Origin: an uncultured bacterium
GTDB taxonomy: Bacteria > Bacillota_I > Bacilli_A > RFN20 > CAG-826
Length of the DNA: 64,000 nucleotides
Direction of reading: 5' to 3'
Assembly (NCBI GenBank): GCA_949284685.1
Contig: CASDWE010000002.1
Location: 448,476 to 512,475, forward strand
A program made the position numbers and the translations under genes. Of this stretch, positions 63,374 through 64,000 are shown in pieces. How positions within the stretch are numbered: the first letter of the stretch is position 1; each line of letters begins with the position of its first letter. The notes beneath the pieces are model-generated. The model saw only the letters and a program-made list of their open reading frames with translations. It was not told the DNA's origin and did not search any database.

Positions 63374-64000
63374 ATGGCAGAAAGAAAAACAGTTAGTGTT
63401 AAAGTCTTCAACCAAACAGGTGAAGAAGTATCCAAGATGAATTTAGATGCTCATGTCTTCAATGTTGAGCCTAACAAACAAGCAATGTTTGATGCCGTCC
63501 AAGTTTATCAAGCAAATTTACGTCAAGCTACCGCTAAAACCAAAGTTCGTCACGAAGTAAGCGGTGGTGGTAAAAAACCATGGCGTCAAAAAGGCACAGG
63601 ACGTGCAAGAGCCGGATCGTCTCGTTCACCTATTTGGGTAGGTGGTGGAACCGTATTTGGTCCTACTGGTAATCAAAATTTCAAATTATCACAAAACAAG
63701 AAAGAACATAACTTGGCTTTAAGAAGTGCATTGTCAACATTAACTAAAAATGGATTAGTTGTCGTTGATGATATGAAATTCGAACAAGCTAAAACAAAAG
63801 ATTTCTTAGCAATGTTAAAAGCTTTAAAAATCGAAAATAAAGTTTTAGTAGTCAGTAATGATTTAAATGATAATTTATTGCTAAGTGCACAAAACATTAA
63901 CTGGGTCAAAATCGTTTCAGTAAGTAATGTCAGCGTTTATGATTTGTTAAATGTTGACAACTTGCTAATTACAAAAGATGCAGTTAAATCATTACAGGAG
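63374..64000 (+). CDS. rplD: 50S ribosomal protein L4 (3' end beyond window)
   Basis: MAERKTVSVKVFNQTGEEV...GGGKKPWRQKGTGRARAGS; no stop before the window end. Confidence 0.9.
   Translation, partial: MAERKTVSVKVFNQTGEEVSKMNLDAHVFNVEPNKQAMFDAVQVYQANLRQATAKTKVRHEVSGGGKKPWRQKGTGRARAGSSRSPIWVGGGTVFGPTGNQNFKLSQNKKEHNLALRSALSTLTKNGLVVVDDMKFEQAKTKDFLAMLKALKIENKVLVVSNDLNDNLLLSAQNINWVKIVSVSNVSVYDLLNVDNLLITKDAVKSLQE

Overview
The window is strongly AT-rich with compact gene packing and many 4-bp ATGA start/stop overlaps. It reads as a low-GC Firmicutes or Mollicutes-like chromosome, possibly Erysipelotrichia/Acholeplasma-like and, from the bile-salt-hydrolase-family gene, possibly gut-associated. TGA is a stop codon here (translation table 11, not 4): the six-frame ORFs are long and uninterrupted, and prfB carries the classic CTT-TGA-C +1 frameshift site. 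Almost everything is core housekeeping. On the plus strand the order is GT2 glycosyltransferase + PAP2 phosphatase, a flavodiiron protein, an acyl-CoA ligase, a complete rnfCDGEA operon followed by an unusual short rnfB region and an ApbE lipoprotein, then NusG-II/Gx, GrpB and a ROK kinase. Next come a tight 5-gene operon of unknown function (15.1-20.2 kb), a DUF1538-like membrane protein with two PII-like genes, typA, yfhO, and the minus-strand dnaX-ybaB-recR-tmk-holB-PSP1-rsmI block. These are followed by prfA-prmC-tsaC-rpiB, comFA-comFC-secA-prfB, yitT, uvrB, secG, prs, a queT-tgt-queA-queH queuosine salvage cluster, and the start of the S10 ribosomal operon (rpsJ-rplC-rplD). The one accessory-looking stretch is about 46.9-50 kb around a tRNA-Ala with anticodon CGC. 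It holds a Y-family polymerase + YolD-like cassette, an XRE regulator followed by a HipA-N-like pseudogene fragment, and degraded DNA containing a small 2-TM ORF. I saw no CRISPR array, no rRNA, no transposase or integrase and no obvious defence system. The most unusual items are the truncated/split RnfB, the ATP-grasp-centred operon at 15-20 kb, a CIRCE element in front of hsp20, and a candidate riboswitch-like leader ahead of queT. Everything below comes from reading the sequence and ORF translations; no database searches were run.
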